Below the pieces are notes generated by a model, which saw only the letters and a list, made by a program, of their open reading frames with translations, was not told the DNA's origin and ran no database searches. This document shows positions 36,857-50,505 of a stretch of 64,000 nucleotides of DNA, piece after piece (within the stretch, counting starts at the first letter, position 1; the number at the start of each line of letters is the position of its first letter). The translations under genes were made by a program, and so were the position numbers. This DNA is from Malacoraja senta. Taxonomy: Eukaryota. The stretch spans positions 372,001 through 436,000 of the forward strand of contig CM076002.1 in assembly GCA_038087875.1 (NCBI GenBank), written 5' to 3'.

Positions 36857-36990
36857 GGGGTGGAAGATTGCAACCTTCACATGTCCGCCCTGTTTCAATT
36901 AATGCAATCAACTCGACGTGCACAAACGGAAGATCAAATAGAACAAGTTGTCCAACAACTTTAGGCTGTGCACGCCACACGAAAGAAGAA
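36857..36990 (+). mobile_element. 134-bp retroposon 3' fragment with (GAA)n tail
   Basis: Perfect 12-bp TSD GCACCCAGCTCC at 36845-36856 and 36991-37002. Confidence 0.75.
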
Positions 36991-38337
36991 GCACCCAGCT
37001 CCCGGAGACCAGCAGCAGAGCTGGAGGGGATGTCATGAATCAGACAGTGATGCCTGGCAGTGGTGGCAGCAACATGGTAAGTAGCAAATGTGGATAGTTC
37101 TGTCTCTGCTTCCTACCACCATTCACTGATGTAAGAATAAAGGTAGGGGTGGTAAATTGTAACAGGTAGAATTAAGAGGAAGAAGGTGGTTAGTGTAATC
37201 AGCACTAAATTAAAGTGAGTGACAAAGGGCTTAGTCCAAGGTGTCCAATGGTCCTCAATATGTGGGGAATTGGAAATTTCCAGTTTCCTGTTGGCCATGT
37301 GTGCAGGAGGGATGACCCACTTCAGCTCCTGACTGGATGCATTGGCAATTTGAAGTCATTGATTCATAGAGCTGTATGACACAGAAACAGGCCATTTGGA
37401 TGAATTCCACCATGTTGCCCAACCAAGCGAGTCCCTCTTGCCTGCTCCTTGCTGATCTCCCTCCAAATCTTTCCTGTCCATGTACCTGTCTCAGTATCTC
37501 TGAAATGATGTAATTGTACCAGCCTCCACTTTCCCTCCTAGCAGCTCGATCCGTAAACGCAATATCCCGTGTGGAAATAATGCCCCTCGGATCCCTTTTC
37601 ATATCTTTCCCCACTCACTTTGGACCTGTGCCTTCTAGTTTTAGAACCCCCTATCCTGGTAAAAACGACTGGATTTTTACCTTATCTTTGCCACCCCTCA
37701 GCCTCCTGCACTCCAGGGTAAACAGGCCCAGCCTATACAGCCTCTATCCAGCACAGTATTTGTGGATATCAGGTATATTTGAGGACATTGCAGGAGGCTA
37801 GTGAAGACATTGCATGAGCTCTGGCTGAGACATTCGAATGAATCATCATTAGACACGGGTGAGGTGAGGAGACTGGAGCTAATGTTGTGCCTCTATTTAA
37901 GAAAAAGTGCAAGGAGAATCATGGAAACAGCAGAATCACCGGCTGCCCACTGCCCTCTCTGGATATTGCCTCCTCATGCTACCTCAGCAGAGCCACTAAA
38001 ATCATCAAAAACTCCACTCCAGGGTGACCAAAACTGAACACAATACTCCTAATGCGGCCTCACCAATGTCTTGCATAACTGTAATATAACATCCCAACTT
38101 CTATACTCAGTATTGACTAATGAAAGCCAGTGCGCTGAAAGCCATCTTGAGCACCCTATCTACCTGTGATGGCATTTTATGGAACTATGTACCTGCATTC
38201 CAGGATCCCTCTGCTCTACAACACTCCCTAGAGCTCTGCCATTCACTGTGAAATCCACTGAGAGAATCCTGAAGGATAGGATATATATGCATTTGGATAG
38301 ACAGGGACTGATTAGAGTCATAGAGTGATACAATGCG

Positions 38338-39925
38338 GAAACATAGAAACATAGAAAATAGGTGCAGGAGTGGGCCATTCGGCCCTACGAGCCTGCATCG
38401 CCATTCATTGTGATCATGGCTGATCATCCAACTCAGTATCCTGTACCTGCCTTCTCTCCATACCCCCTGATCCCTTCAGCCACAAGGGCCACATCTAACT
38501 CCCTCTTAAATATAGCCAATGAACTGGCCTCAACTACATTCTGTGGCAGAGAATTCCAGAGATTCACCACTCTCTGTGTAAAAAATGTTTCTCTCATCTC
38601 AATCCTAAAAGATTTCCCCTTTATCCTTAAACTGTGACCCCTTGTTCTGGACTTCCCCAACATCGGGAACATTCTTCCTGCATCTAGCCTGTCCAACCCC
38701 TTAAGAATTTTGTAAGTTTCTATAAGATCCCCCCTCAATCTTCTAAATTCTAGCGAGTACAAGCCGAGTATATCCAGTCTTTTTTCATATGAAAGTCCTG
38801 ACATCCCAGGAATCAGTCTGGTGAACCTTCTCTGTACTCCCTCAATGGCAAGAATGTCCTTCCTCAGATTAGGAGACCAAAACTGTACGCAATACTCCAG
38901 GTGTGGTCTCACCAAGACCCTGTACAACTGCAGTAGATCCTCCCTGCTCCTATACTCAAATCCTTTTGCTATGAATGCTAACACACCATTCGCTTTCTTC
39001 ACTGCCTGCTGCACCTGCATGCCTACTTTCAATAACGTGTACCATGACACCCAGGTCTTGTTGCATCTCCCCTTTTCCTAATCGGCCACCATTCAGGTAA
39101 TAGTCTACTTTCCTGTTTTTGCCACCAAAGTGGATAACCTCACATTTATCCACATTATACCGCATCTGCCATGCATTTTCCCACTCACCCAGCCTATCCA
39201 AGTCATCTTGCAGCCTCCTAGCACCCTCCTCACAGCTAACACTGCCCCCCAGCTTCGTGTCATTCGCAAACTTGGAGATGTTGCATTCAATTCCCTCGTC
39301 CAAATCATTAATATATATTGTAAATAGCTGGGGTCCTAGCACTGAGCCTTGCGGTACCCCACTAGTCACTGCCTGCCATTCTGAAAAGGACCCGTTTACT
39401 CCTACTCTTTGCTTCCTGTTTGCCAGCCAGTTCTCTATCCACATCAATACTGAACCCCCAATACCGTGTGCTTTAAGCTTGTATATTAATCTCTTATGTA
39501 GAACCTTGTCAAAAGCCTTCTGAAAGTCCAGATATAACACATCCACTGGTTCTCCCCTATCCACTCTACTAGTTACATCCTCGAAAAATTCTCTAAGATT
39601 CGTCAGACATGATTTACCTTTCATAAATCCATGCTGACTTTGTCCAATGATTTCACCACTTTCCAAATGTGCTGCTATCCCATCTTTAATAACTGACTCT
39701 AGCATTTTCCCCACAACCGATGTTAGACTAACTGTAATTCCCCGTTTTCCCTCTCCCTCCCTTTTTAAAAAGTGGGATTACATTAGCTACCCTCCAATCC
39801 TCAGGAACTATTCCAGAATCTAAAGAGTTTTGAAAAATTATCACTAATGCATCCACTATTTCTGGGGCTACTTCCTTCAGTACTCTGGGATGCAGCCTAT
39901 CTGGCCCTGGTGATTTATCGGCCCT
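38338..39925 (-). mobile_element. 5'-truncated CR1 (RT + tail); older CR1 scraps flank it at ~37.3-38.3 kb
   Basis: ORFs 38433-39050 and 38956-39714 carry CR1 RT motifs; (AAACATAG)n tail. Confidence 0.93.
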
Positions 39926-40083
39926 TTGTCCCAGCGACACTAGTCCCACTTGCCTGCGCTTGGTCCATATCCCTCCAAACTTGTCCTGTCCATGTACCTG
40001 TCTAACTTTCTTAAACGTTTAAGAAAGAACTGCAAAAAATGCTGGAGAAACTGATTGGGTGAGGCAGCATGGAGAGAAAGAAT

Positions 40084-40119
40084 AGGCGATGTTTCGGGTC
40101 GAGACCTTTCTTCAGACTG
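40084..40119 (-). ncRNA. Minimal hammerhead-ribozyme motif of the Penelope pLTR
   Basis: CUGAAGA-AAGGU-CUCG-ACCC-GAAA-C-AUC. PLE pLTRs are known to carry minimal hammerheads; stem I is weak here. Confidence 0.55.
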
Positions 40120-40645
40120 ATGTCGCGGGGAGGGGGAAAGAAAGGAAGGTGGAGACAGGGAGAACTGGGAAGGGGGAAATGGGGACGGGGAGGAGGGAGA
40201 AAGCAAGGGTAATCTAAAATTAGAGAAGTCAATGTTCATTTCGCTGGGGTGTAAACTACCCAAGCAAAATATAAGGTGCTGTTCCTCCAATATGCACTAG
40301 ACTTCACTCTGGCAATAGAGGAGGCCCAGGACAGAAAGGTTGGATTCGGAATGGGAGGGGAAGTTGAAGTGCTGAGCAACTGTGCGATCAGGTTGGTTAA
40401 CACGGACTGAGCGGAGGTGTTCAGCGAAGCGATCGCCGAGCCTGCGCTTGTTCTTGTCAATGTGAAGAAGTTGACACCTGGAACAGCGGATGCAGTAGAT
40501 GAGATTGGAGGAGGTGCAGGTGAACCTCTGCCTCACCTGGAAAGACTGATTTGGTCCTTGGATGGAGTCGAGGGGGTAGGAAAAGCGACAAGTGTAGCAT
40601 TTCCTGCGGTTGCAGGGGAAAATACAAGGGGAGGGGGTGTTTTGA

Positions 40646-41120
40646 CAATAGACAATAGGCAATAGGTGCAGGAGTAGGCCATTCGGCCCTTTAAGCCAGC
40701 ACCGCCATTCAATGTGATCATGGCTGATCATCCCCAATCAGTACCCCGTTCCTGCCTTCTCCCCGTATCCCCTGACTCCGCTATTTTTAAGATCCCTATC
40801 TAGCTCACTCTTGAAAGCATCCAGAGAACCTGCGTCCACCGTCCTCTGAGGCAGAGAATTCCACAGACTCACCACTCTCTGTGAGAAAAAATGTTTCCTC
40901 GTCTCCGTTCTAAATGGCTTACTCCTTATTCTTAAATTGTGTCCCCTGGTTCTGGACTCCCCCAACATCGGGAAAATTTTCCCTGCCTCTAGCGTGTCCA
41001 AACCCTTAACAATCTTATATGTTTCAGTGAGATCCCCTCTCATCCTTCTAAACTCCAGAGTGTACAAGCCCAGCTGCTCCATTCTCTCAGCATATGACAG
41101 TCCTGCCATCCCGGGAATAA
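40646..41120 (-). mobile_element. 5'-truncated CR1 inserted in the Penelope element
   Basis: TSD TTTTGA at 40640-40645 and 41121-41126; (CTATTGT)n tail. Confidence 0.88.
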
Positions 41121-42059
41121 TTTTGAGTAGGAAGGGACGAATTGACCAGGGAGTTATGGAGGGAACGGTCTCTGCGGAAAGCAGAATGGAGAAGAGATGG
41201 GAAGATGTGGCCAGTAGTAGGATCCCGTTGGAGGTGGTGAAAATGTTGGATGATTATATGTTGTATGCAACGGCTGATGCGGTGGAAGGTGAGGACAAGG
41301 GGGATTCTGTCCTTGTTGCGAGTAGGATGGGAAATAAGAGCGGAGCTGCGGGATATAGAGGAGACCCTGGTGAGAGCCTCATCTTTAATAGAAGAGGGGA
41401 ACCCCCATTCCCTAAAGAATGAGGACATCTCCGATGCCTTAGTATGGAACACCTCATCCTGGGCGCAAATGCGGCGTAGATGGAGGAATTGGGAGTAAGG
41501 GGTAGAGTCCTTACAGATAGCGGGGTGGTCAAGAAGTGTAGTCAAGATAGCTATGGGAGTCAGTGGGTTTGTAGTAGATGTCGGTCAGTAGTCTGTTGCT
41601 TGCGATAGAGATGGTGAGATCTAGAAACTGTAGGGAGATGTTGGAAATGGTCCAGGGGAATATGAGTACCAGATGGAAATTAGTGGTGAAGTGGATGAAG
41701 TCAGTGAGTTGTGCTTGGGTGCAGGAGGTAGCACCAATGCAGTCGTCAATGTAGAGGAGGTAAAGTTCGGAGATAGGCCCAGTGTACGCCTGGAACAGTG
41801 ATTGTTCGACGTACCCTACAAAGTGGCAGGCATAGCTGGGGCCCATGCGCATGCCCATAGCTATGCCTTGGATTTGGAGGAAATGGAAGGCGTCAAAGGA
41901 AAAGTTGTTGGGGGTTGGTATAATCCCAGCCTCAACTACCTCCTCTGGCAGCTTGTTCCATACACCCAACACGCTTTGTGTGAAAAACTTACCTCTCAGA
42001 TTCCTATTAAATCTTTTCCCCTTCACCTTATCCTCTGGTCCTCGATTCCCCTACTCTGG

Positions 42060-43823
42060 CAAGCGGCTCTGTGCATCTAATAGGCATAGTCAGCATGGTT
42101 GTCTATGTAGCAGATCATGTTTTACAAATCTTGAGATTTTTGAAGAAGTATCCAAAAGATTTTAACGAGGTCAAAACCGTAGACAATGTCTCTGTGGACT
42201 TCAGCAGGGCATTTGATACGTTTCTGCATGTAGGCTGGTCTGGAATCCAGGGAGAGCTAGCTGACATGTGGATAAATGTGAGGTTATCCTCTTTGGTGGC
42301 AAGAAAAGGAAGCAGATTATTATCTGAATGGTGTCAGATTAGGAGAAGGGGAGGTGCAACGAGACCTGGGTGTGCTTGTACATCAGTTACTGAAAGTAAG
42401 CATGCAGGGCAATCAGGCAGTGAAGAAAGCCAATTTGCGAGGGAATTTGAGTTTAGGAGCAAGGAGGTCCTACTGCAGTTGTACAGGGCCTTGGTGAGAC
42501 CACACCTGGAGTATTGTGTACAATTTTGGTCTAATTTGTGGAAGGACATTCTTGCTATTGAGGGAGTGCAACATAGGTTCACCAGGTTAATTCCCGGAAT
42601 AGCGGGACTGACGTATGATGAAAGAATGGGTTGACTTAGCTTGTATTCGCTGAATTTAGATGGATGAGGCGATCTTATAGAAACATATATAATTCTAAGA
42701 GGTTTGGACAGGGTAGATGCAGGAAAAATGTTCCCAATGTTAGGGGAGTCCAGAACCAGGGGTCACAGTTTAAGAATAAGTGTAGGCCATATTGCACTGA
42801 GTGGAGGAAAAGCTTTTTCACCCAGAGAGTTGTGAATCTATGGAATTCTCTGCCACAGAAGGCAGTGGAGGCCAATTCACTGGATGTTTTCACAAGAGAG
42901 TTGGACTACCAGGGGCGCCAGGGAGATGGCAGCCCTGCCGGCAGTCTGTTTGTCTTTTCACTCTTTTTGTTATTTTTTTAGTTTGGTAAAAGTTTTGTTT
43001 TAAAGTTCTTCGGTTTGTTTTATGTGGGGGGAGTTTGGGGGGGATCGGGGGCAACTTTTTTTTCAGGTTCTTACCTTCCCGGAGATGTGATCAATTTTCG
43101 GATCACATTCTCCAGGCTCTGCGGTCTACCATCGATGGAGCTGGAAGCCTCCTCGGACTGACTTTGAGCCCTATCGCGGGGCGCGGACTTAACATCGGAG
43201 CTGATCCCTTGCCTGGGATCGCTCCCACCGCGACCGCCACGGAATCAACATCAAGGGCTCGCGGTCTTGGGTGAGGCCGAGTCGGGAGCTCCAACGTCGC
43301 TGAAGGTTCACCAGTCCCGACGCGAGGTTCGATTGTCCAGCGCGGGGGAGCTGACACCCCCCCCCCCCGATGCAGGAGCTGATCGCCTCGACACGGAGGG
43401 CCCGAACGCTGCCGGCTAAGGGAGTTAAGATCATCCTGTCAATGAGGGCTCGAGGCCCCCAACCGAGGAAGAACAAAAGGAAGGACTTGAACTTTATTTC
43501 ACCTTCCATCACAGTGAGGAATGTATAGGAGTCACTGTGGTGGATGGTCATGTTAAAATGTGTTTTTGAAGTGATCTGTTACTTTTAATTGTATGACTGA
43601 CTTGGCCAATGAAATTCCTTGTGTGTTGCAAAACGTACTTGGCGAATAAAGTGTGATTCTGATTCTGATTTTGCTCTTAGGGCTAAGGGAATCAAGGAAT
43701 ATTGGGGAAAAGCCAGAAAAGAGTACTGATTTTGGATGATCAGCCATGATCATATTGAATGGCGGTGCTGGCTCGAAGGGCCGAATGGCCTACTCCTGCA
43801 CTATTTTCTATGTTTCTATGTTT
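42060..43823 (+). mobile_element. CR1 fragments interrupted by a GC-rich non-autonomous retroposon (42906-43670, (GATTCT)n tail)
   Basis: HLEYCVQFW and VVNLWNSLP; the CR1 tail resumes at ~43672. Confidence 0.82.
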
Positions 43824-45023
43824 CTCGTGGACTGTCTCGGGGATAGAGCCAGAGAGCTATTTGTGAGACACAATCACACACGTACAAAACCATGCCAACT
43901 ATCCAGAACCAGCCCATGACCATCTAAATACATGGATATCTTAACCCTCAAAATGCGCTGAATAAATTTCCAACCACATATGTTACTCACTGGTGTATAG
44001 TTCCCACGCTTTTCCTGCAGGCCTTTTTAAATAGAGACACAACTTTTGATCCCCTCCGGTCTTCCAGCACCTCAGCTGTATTTAACGAATCTTAAATCTC
44101 ACCCAGGGCACCGGCAATTTGCTAGAAAATGTACCTCCCAGGATATTGGTTCCCACCCCCCCTGTTAAGATGTAACCCATCCTTCTTGTACAGGTTACAT
44201 CTGCCCCAGAAGAGATCCCAATGGTCCAGAAATCGGAATACCTGCCCCCTGTGAAAGAATTTAATTTGGTCAAGTTTTATTCGTAAATTAAAAATGGAGT
44301 TTTGCTGAACAACTGAAAGCAGTCAAGTTTAAAAGAGAATTTTCCCAGCAGAATAAAGTCTGGGAAAGTCTTAGAAGCTTGGTTTATACTGATCATTGAA
44401 ACAATGTATTAACAATGTATTAACATAGAGATGTATTGTCTGGCACAGCACCATATTTGATATCAGTCTAAACTGCCTGTTCTAGCTAAGGACAAGGTAG
44501 TGGCTTTCATTCAAGTCTTACAAGCTTGTTTTAGTTCACAGACAGATGCCCATTCGAGAAACAAAATAGAAGTCATTTGAAAACACAATGGAGTTAGTTG
44601 TTCATCCGGAATGGGCAGCCGTACTGAAGCTGTGCCAAGATTTGAGAATAAGGCTGACATTGCAAATATATGGTCACTTGTGCACAGAGTGCACTTGTCA
44701 GACCCCTTGTGGCCGACCTCCCGAAGAGGCTCCCGGGAACATTGTGTCCCTCGGTCTGAGGTTGATCTGGTTCCCAGAGTAGTCCAAAGAAGCGGACAAC
44801 GAAGGAAAGACCACTTGTATTAAGATTGACTTGTGTATTGAATTGAGTAAAGTAAAGATTGGCCACAGCAGACTAAATGTTTTTGCCACCAAAGTGTATT
44901 GAGAAGTTAATGAAGAGACAGTGTTTTGAAAAGACATGTGAATTTGCTACCAGGAGAGTAGCCAAGATTGGGATTAACAGGCTGAAAAGGTTTGTTACAA
45001 ATTGTGTACTAAGTAATGAACTT

Positions 45024-46931
45024 GGATGAACTTTGAGATCCGCACTCTTCTGAAGTCCAGACACTGGGCATTCATGTTTGATGATACAGTGACCTACAAG
45101 AAGTCCAGATACGACCTTGGTAAAGCCATCAAAAAGGCCAAAAGGGCCTTCTGCTCCAAACTGGAGGAAGAGACAGATGTTCGGCGGCTGTGGCAGGGCC
45201 TGAATGCAATCACCCCTTACAAGTCAAAATCAGGAGGCAGCTCGAATGTCGGCGAAACATCACTCCCTGATGAGCTCAAAGCATTTTACGCACGCTTTGA
45301 TAGGGAGAACACCAATGTGCCTTCCCGAGCCCCCATTCGCTGTGATGGTATTTTTAGTCTCAGTCACAGAGGCCGACGTCAGGAAATCCTTCAGAGGGGT
45401 GAACCCTCGAAAAGCGCCTGGACCTGAGGGTATACCTGGTCGTGTTCTAAAAACCTGTGCGGACCAACTGGCTGGAGTTTTTACGGACATTTTCAACCTC
45501 TCACTTCTGAGGGGTGAGGTTCCCACCTGCTTCAAAAGGGCATCAATTATACCAGTGCCCAAGAAGAGTAAGGTGACGTGCCTCAATGACTATCGACCTG
45601 TGGCATTAACGCCTGTGGTGATGAATTGCTTTGAGAGGTTGATCATGATGCAGATCAATTTCTACCTCGACAAAAAACTGGACCCACTGCAGTTCGCTTA
45701 CCGCCACAACAGATCAACGGTGGATGCGATCTCGCTGGCCCTCCACTCCGCTCTGGACCACTCGGACAACAAAAACTCATATGTCAGGCTGTTATTCATC
45801 GATTACAGCTCGGCATTTAACACAATCATCCCCTCCAAGCTGGTTACCAAACTCGCAGAACTGGGTCTCTGCGCATCCCTCTGCAATTGGATCCTCGACT
45901 TCCTCACTCTCAGACCACAGTCTGTTCGTATTGGTGGAAATGTGTCAGACTCGATAACAATTAGCACGGGAGCACCTCAAGGCTGCGTGCTCAGTCCCCT
46001 GCTGTACTCACTCTATACTCATGACTGCGTAGCCGGACATAGTGCGAACTCCATCATCAAGTTCGCTGACGACACCACTGGTATGGGACGTATCACTGAT
46101 GAGGATGTGTCCGAGTATAGAAGAGAGATCGAGCAACTGTCCATATGGTGCCAGCACAATAACCTGGCGCTCAACACCAGCAAAACCAAGGTACTGATTG
46201 TGGACTTTGGAAGGAGTAGGATGGGGACCCACAGTCCCGTTTATATCAACGGGTCAATGGTTGAAAGGGTCAAGAGCTTCAAAATCCTGGGCGAGCACAT
46301 CTCTGAAGATCTTTCCTGGTCCGAGAAAACTGATGCCATTATTAAGAAAGCACATCAGCGCCTCTACTTCCTGAGAAGATTACGGAGAGTCGGTTTGTCA
46401 AGGAGGACTCTCTCTAACTTCTATAGGTGCACAGTAGAGAGCATGCTGACCAGTTGCATCGTGGCTTGGTTCGGCAACTTGAGCACCCTGGAGAGGAAAA
46501 GACTACAAAAAGTAGTAAACACTGCCCAGTCCATCATCGGCTCTGACCTCCCTTCCATCGAGGGGATCTATCACAGTCGCTGCCTCAAAAAAGCTGGCAG
46601 TATCATCAAGGACCCACACCATCCTGGCCACACACTCATCTCCCTACTACCTTCAGGTAGAAGGTACAGGAGCCTGAAGACTGCAACGACCAGGTTCAGG
46701 AATAGCTACTTCCCCACAGCAATCAGGCTATTAAACCTGGCTCGGACAAAACACTGAACTTTATTAGCCAATTAACTGTTATTTGCACTTGATCAGTATA
46801 TTGATTCATGTGTGTATATATTTATAGAATGCCTTGTAGTCAATACCTACTATGTTCTGTTGTGCTGAAGGAAAGCAAGAATTTCATTGTCCTATCAGGG
46901 ACACATGACAATAAACTTACTTGACTTGACT
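45024..46931 (+). mobile_element. Rex1/Babar-clade LINE, 5'-truncated, with an open 517-aa RT-containing ORF (45204-46757)
   Basis: [47 protein letters not shown] and KFADD; (CTTGA)n tail. Confidence 0.9.
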
Positions 46932-46954
46932 AATTAGTTGGTGATTGGATAGAC

Positions 46955-47520
46955 ATGGGAAATAATTTCGATAAGAATGATGGAAAGACAGCTGTACAAC
47001 ATATGAGTTATTTGAATCCTCAGAACAACAAGGAGTATAGAATATTGAGCTATAAATTGAACAGACCTTTGGGGTATGAATCTTGGCCAGTTGGGGTAAC
47101 CTGAAATATAGAGACCATTTAAAATGCAGAAATTTTCATTTGGGAAAGAAGCGTAAGGAAGAGATGGAAGGAAAGAATTATGGAAAGGGCAGAAAATATG
47201 CAAGAGGAATTGCAAAATAGAAGTTGGATGGATAATGCTGTAAAAAAAGGAATGGAGTTGAGGAATAATGATGGAACTATGAAAGGATGGAAATTACTTC
47301 AGGAGGAATGCCAGTGGATGGACGAGCAGGAGAAAAGGGCTAAGGCAAAGAAATAAAGCGCTGATAAGAAAAGATCGGAGAACAAGCATTTTATAGTCAA
47401 GAACAAACCTGGTACCAGTAACTTCTCCGGAGACCCTATGTTTGCCATGATGACCCTGTATATTAGTGAAGATGAAGAAGAATTCACAGGGAGCAGACCT
47501 CCTCCCTAAGCCCTACCTGT
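46955..47520 (+). pseudogene. ERV-B gag N-terminus (degenerate)
   Basis: Starts MGNNFDK (myristoylation-type MG). Its position after the LTR/leader and Pro-rich end fit gag. Stops are present. Confidence 0.55.
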
Positions 47521-47524
47521 ACAT

Positions 47525-50468
47525 GCAAATATTCCGGGAGCATCAGTGCCCCCACAGTCAACCGCAACCCCCCCCCCTTACCCTGGCCAACCGGAAGCAC
47601 CAACAGACGGCGACGTGAACGAAAGCGCCGCCGGGGACGCAGAGGTGGGTTAAAGGCCAGGTTAGAGCTCGCCCCACACAGGCTAGCGATTCCTAGCCTT
47701 TTCCTCGCCAACGTGCGCTCACTGGCAAACAAAATGGACGAACTCTGGCTAAGGCTCACCTCCCACAACTGGATCAAAGACTGCAGCATCTTGATCCTCA
47801 CTGAAACTTGGCTCAACACCAACGTTTCAGACAGCGCCATCCAGCTAACAGGGCGGCATTTACTCCGAGCGGACAGGACAATAGACTCTGGTAAGACCAG
47901 AGGTGGAGGTCTGTGCATTTATGTAAATAAAGCATGGTGCACGGACACCACCATCATCGAGAGTCACTGCTCAGCTAACCTAGAGTTCCTCTTGGTTAGA
48001 TGCAGACCGTTCTATCTGCCCAGAGAGTTTACCTCCACTGTTGTGACTGCAGCCTATATTCCTCCTGATGCTAATCCCAAGCTTGCAATGAAAGATCTGC
48101 ATACTGCCATTAGCAAACAACAGACTCACAACCCCGAGGCAGCCTTCATTGTTGCGGGTGACTTCAATCACTCCAACCTGAAGACTGTACTCCCCAAATT
48201 CCACCAACATGTCTCCTTCGCCACTAGAGAAGACAAGACACTAGACAAAGTCTACACCAACACCTTCCCCTCCCCCACCTTGGACAGTCTGATCACCTCT
48301 CATTGTTCCTGCTCCCAAAGTACTCCCCACTCATCAGACGGGTTAAACCCACTGTGAGGACAGTTAAAGTCTGGTCAGAGGAGGTGGACTCCACACTTCA
48401 GCAGTGTATTGGAAACACTGACTGGAAGGCGTTTGCAGCCCAGGCCACCCTTGACTCCCACACGGACATTGACTCCTATACATCCTCTGTTCTGGACTTT
48501 ATAAACTCCACCATCAACAGTGTCACCTCCCTCAAACGGGTGACCATATTCCCGAATCAGAAGCCATGGATGAACAGCGAGGTCAGGCTACTGCTGAAAG
48601 CACGGGACACCGCTTTCAGGTCAGGCGATGCCCGAGCCTATAGTTCATCCAGGGCTAACCTGAAGAGGGGCATCAAGAAGGCCAAGCACTGCCATAAGCT
48701 CAGGATTGAGGAGCACTTCAACAACAACTCCGACCCCTGACGCATGTGGCAAGGCATCCAGGGCATCACGGACTTTAGACCCACCAACACCACCCCCACA
48801 TCCAGCAACGCCTCCTTCCTTGAGGAGCTTAACCACTTCTATGGCCGCTTCGATAGAGACAATCTAGAGATGGCCATCAAGGCGGTGCTTCCTGCCGATC
48901 ACCAGCCCCTCACACTAACCCCCTATGATGTGTACGTGGCACTGAGTAGGTCTAATGCAAGTAAGGCTGCTGGCCCCGACGGCATCCCCGGGCGCGTCCT
49001 CAGGGCATGTGCTGCGCAGCTGACAGACGTCTGGACTGACATCTTCAACCTGTCACTTGCCCAAGCAGTTGTGCCCACGTGCCTTAAATCCACCTCCATC
49101 GTGCCGGTGCCAAAACACCCCACTGCCACAAGCCTCAACGACTTCCGCCCAGTTGCACTTACTCCCATCATCGCAAAGTGCTTCGAGAGGCTGGTCCTGG
49201 CACACCTCAAAGGCTGGCTACCCCTCACATTGGACCCCTATCAGTTTGCCTACCGCAAGAACAGGAGTACGGAGGATGCCATCTCAACGGCACTTCACTC
49301 CGCCCTCTCCCACCTCGACAACAGAGACACTTATGTAAGAATGCTGTTCATCGATTACAGCTCAGCATTCAACACCATCATACCCTCTAAACTGATCACC
49401 AAACTCGGTGACCTGGGCATCGACCCCTCCCTCTGCAACTGGATACTGGACTTTCTAACCAACAGACCCCAGTCTGTTAGGTTAGACAACCACACCTCTT
49501 GAACCCTCACCCTGAACAGCGGCGTTCCAAAGGGCTGTGTGCTGAGCCCCCTCCTCTACTCCCTCTTCACCTACGACTGCACACCTGTACATGGTACTAA
49601 CACCATCATCAAGTATGCAGATAACGGTGATTGGCCTCATCAGCAACAACGATGAGTCGGCCTATAGGGAGGTCCAGCTTCTAGCAGCATGGTGCGCTGA
49701 CAATAACCTGGTCCTTAACTCCAAGAAGACCAAGGAGCTCATTGTAGACTTCAGGAAGTCTAGGGGCGGCACGCACACCCCCATCCACCTTAATGGGACG
49801 GAGGTGGAACGTGTTTCCAGCTTCAGGTTCCTGGGAGTCAACATCTCCGATGACCTCTCTTGGACCCACAATACCTCAACTCTGGTCAAGAAGGCTCACC
49901 AGCGTCTCTTCTTCCTGAGGAGACTAAAGAAGGTCCATCTGTCTCCTCAGATTCTGCTGAACTTCTACCGCTGCACCATCGAGAGCATCCTTACCAACTG
50001 CATCACAGTATGGTATGGCAACTGCTCTGTCTACGACCAGAAAGCACTGCAGAGGGTGGTGAAAATTGCCCAACGCATCACCGGTTCCTCACTCCCCTCC
50101 ATTGAATCTGTCCAACGCAAGCGTTGTCTGCGAAGGCCGCTCAGCATCGCCAAGGACTGCTCTCACCCCAACCACAGACTGTTTACCCTCCTACCATTTG
50201 GGAGGCGCGACAGGTCTCTCCGTTGCCGGACCAGCAGGTTTAGGAACAGCTTCTTCCCTGCGGCTGTTACACTACTCAACACTGTACCTCGGTGACTGCC
50301 AATCACCCCTCCCCCGGGACACTCCTCCCACCAGGATTTATTAGATTTATTTATTGCTCATATTTATGTCGCTCTTCTAGGGAGATGCTAACTGCATTTC
50401 GTTGTCTCTGTACTGTACACTGCACAATGACAATAAAGTTGAATCTGAATCTGAATCTGAATCTGAAT
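47525..50468 (+). mobile_element. Near full-length Rex1/Babar-clade LINE (APE + RT), frameshifted
   Basis: [41 protein letters not shown] and [14 protein letters not shown]; (TGAATC)n tail. Confidence 0.9.
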
Positions 50469-50505
50469 AAAGCTCCAAACAAAGAGCAACCTTTTAAAGG
50501 CACTT

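Larger units (their letters stand above)
40020..41915 (-). mobile_element. Penelope-like element (RT, Cys-rich linker, GIY-YIG endonuclease, pLTR), 5'-truncated and degenerate
   Basis: QGIAMG.RMGPSYA, YIDDC, FLDLTI, YYKPTDSHSYLDY, PYSQF, IPLVLTFH, CNRRKCYTC, NLIYCIRC..C and RFAEHLRSV. Confidence 0.9.
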
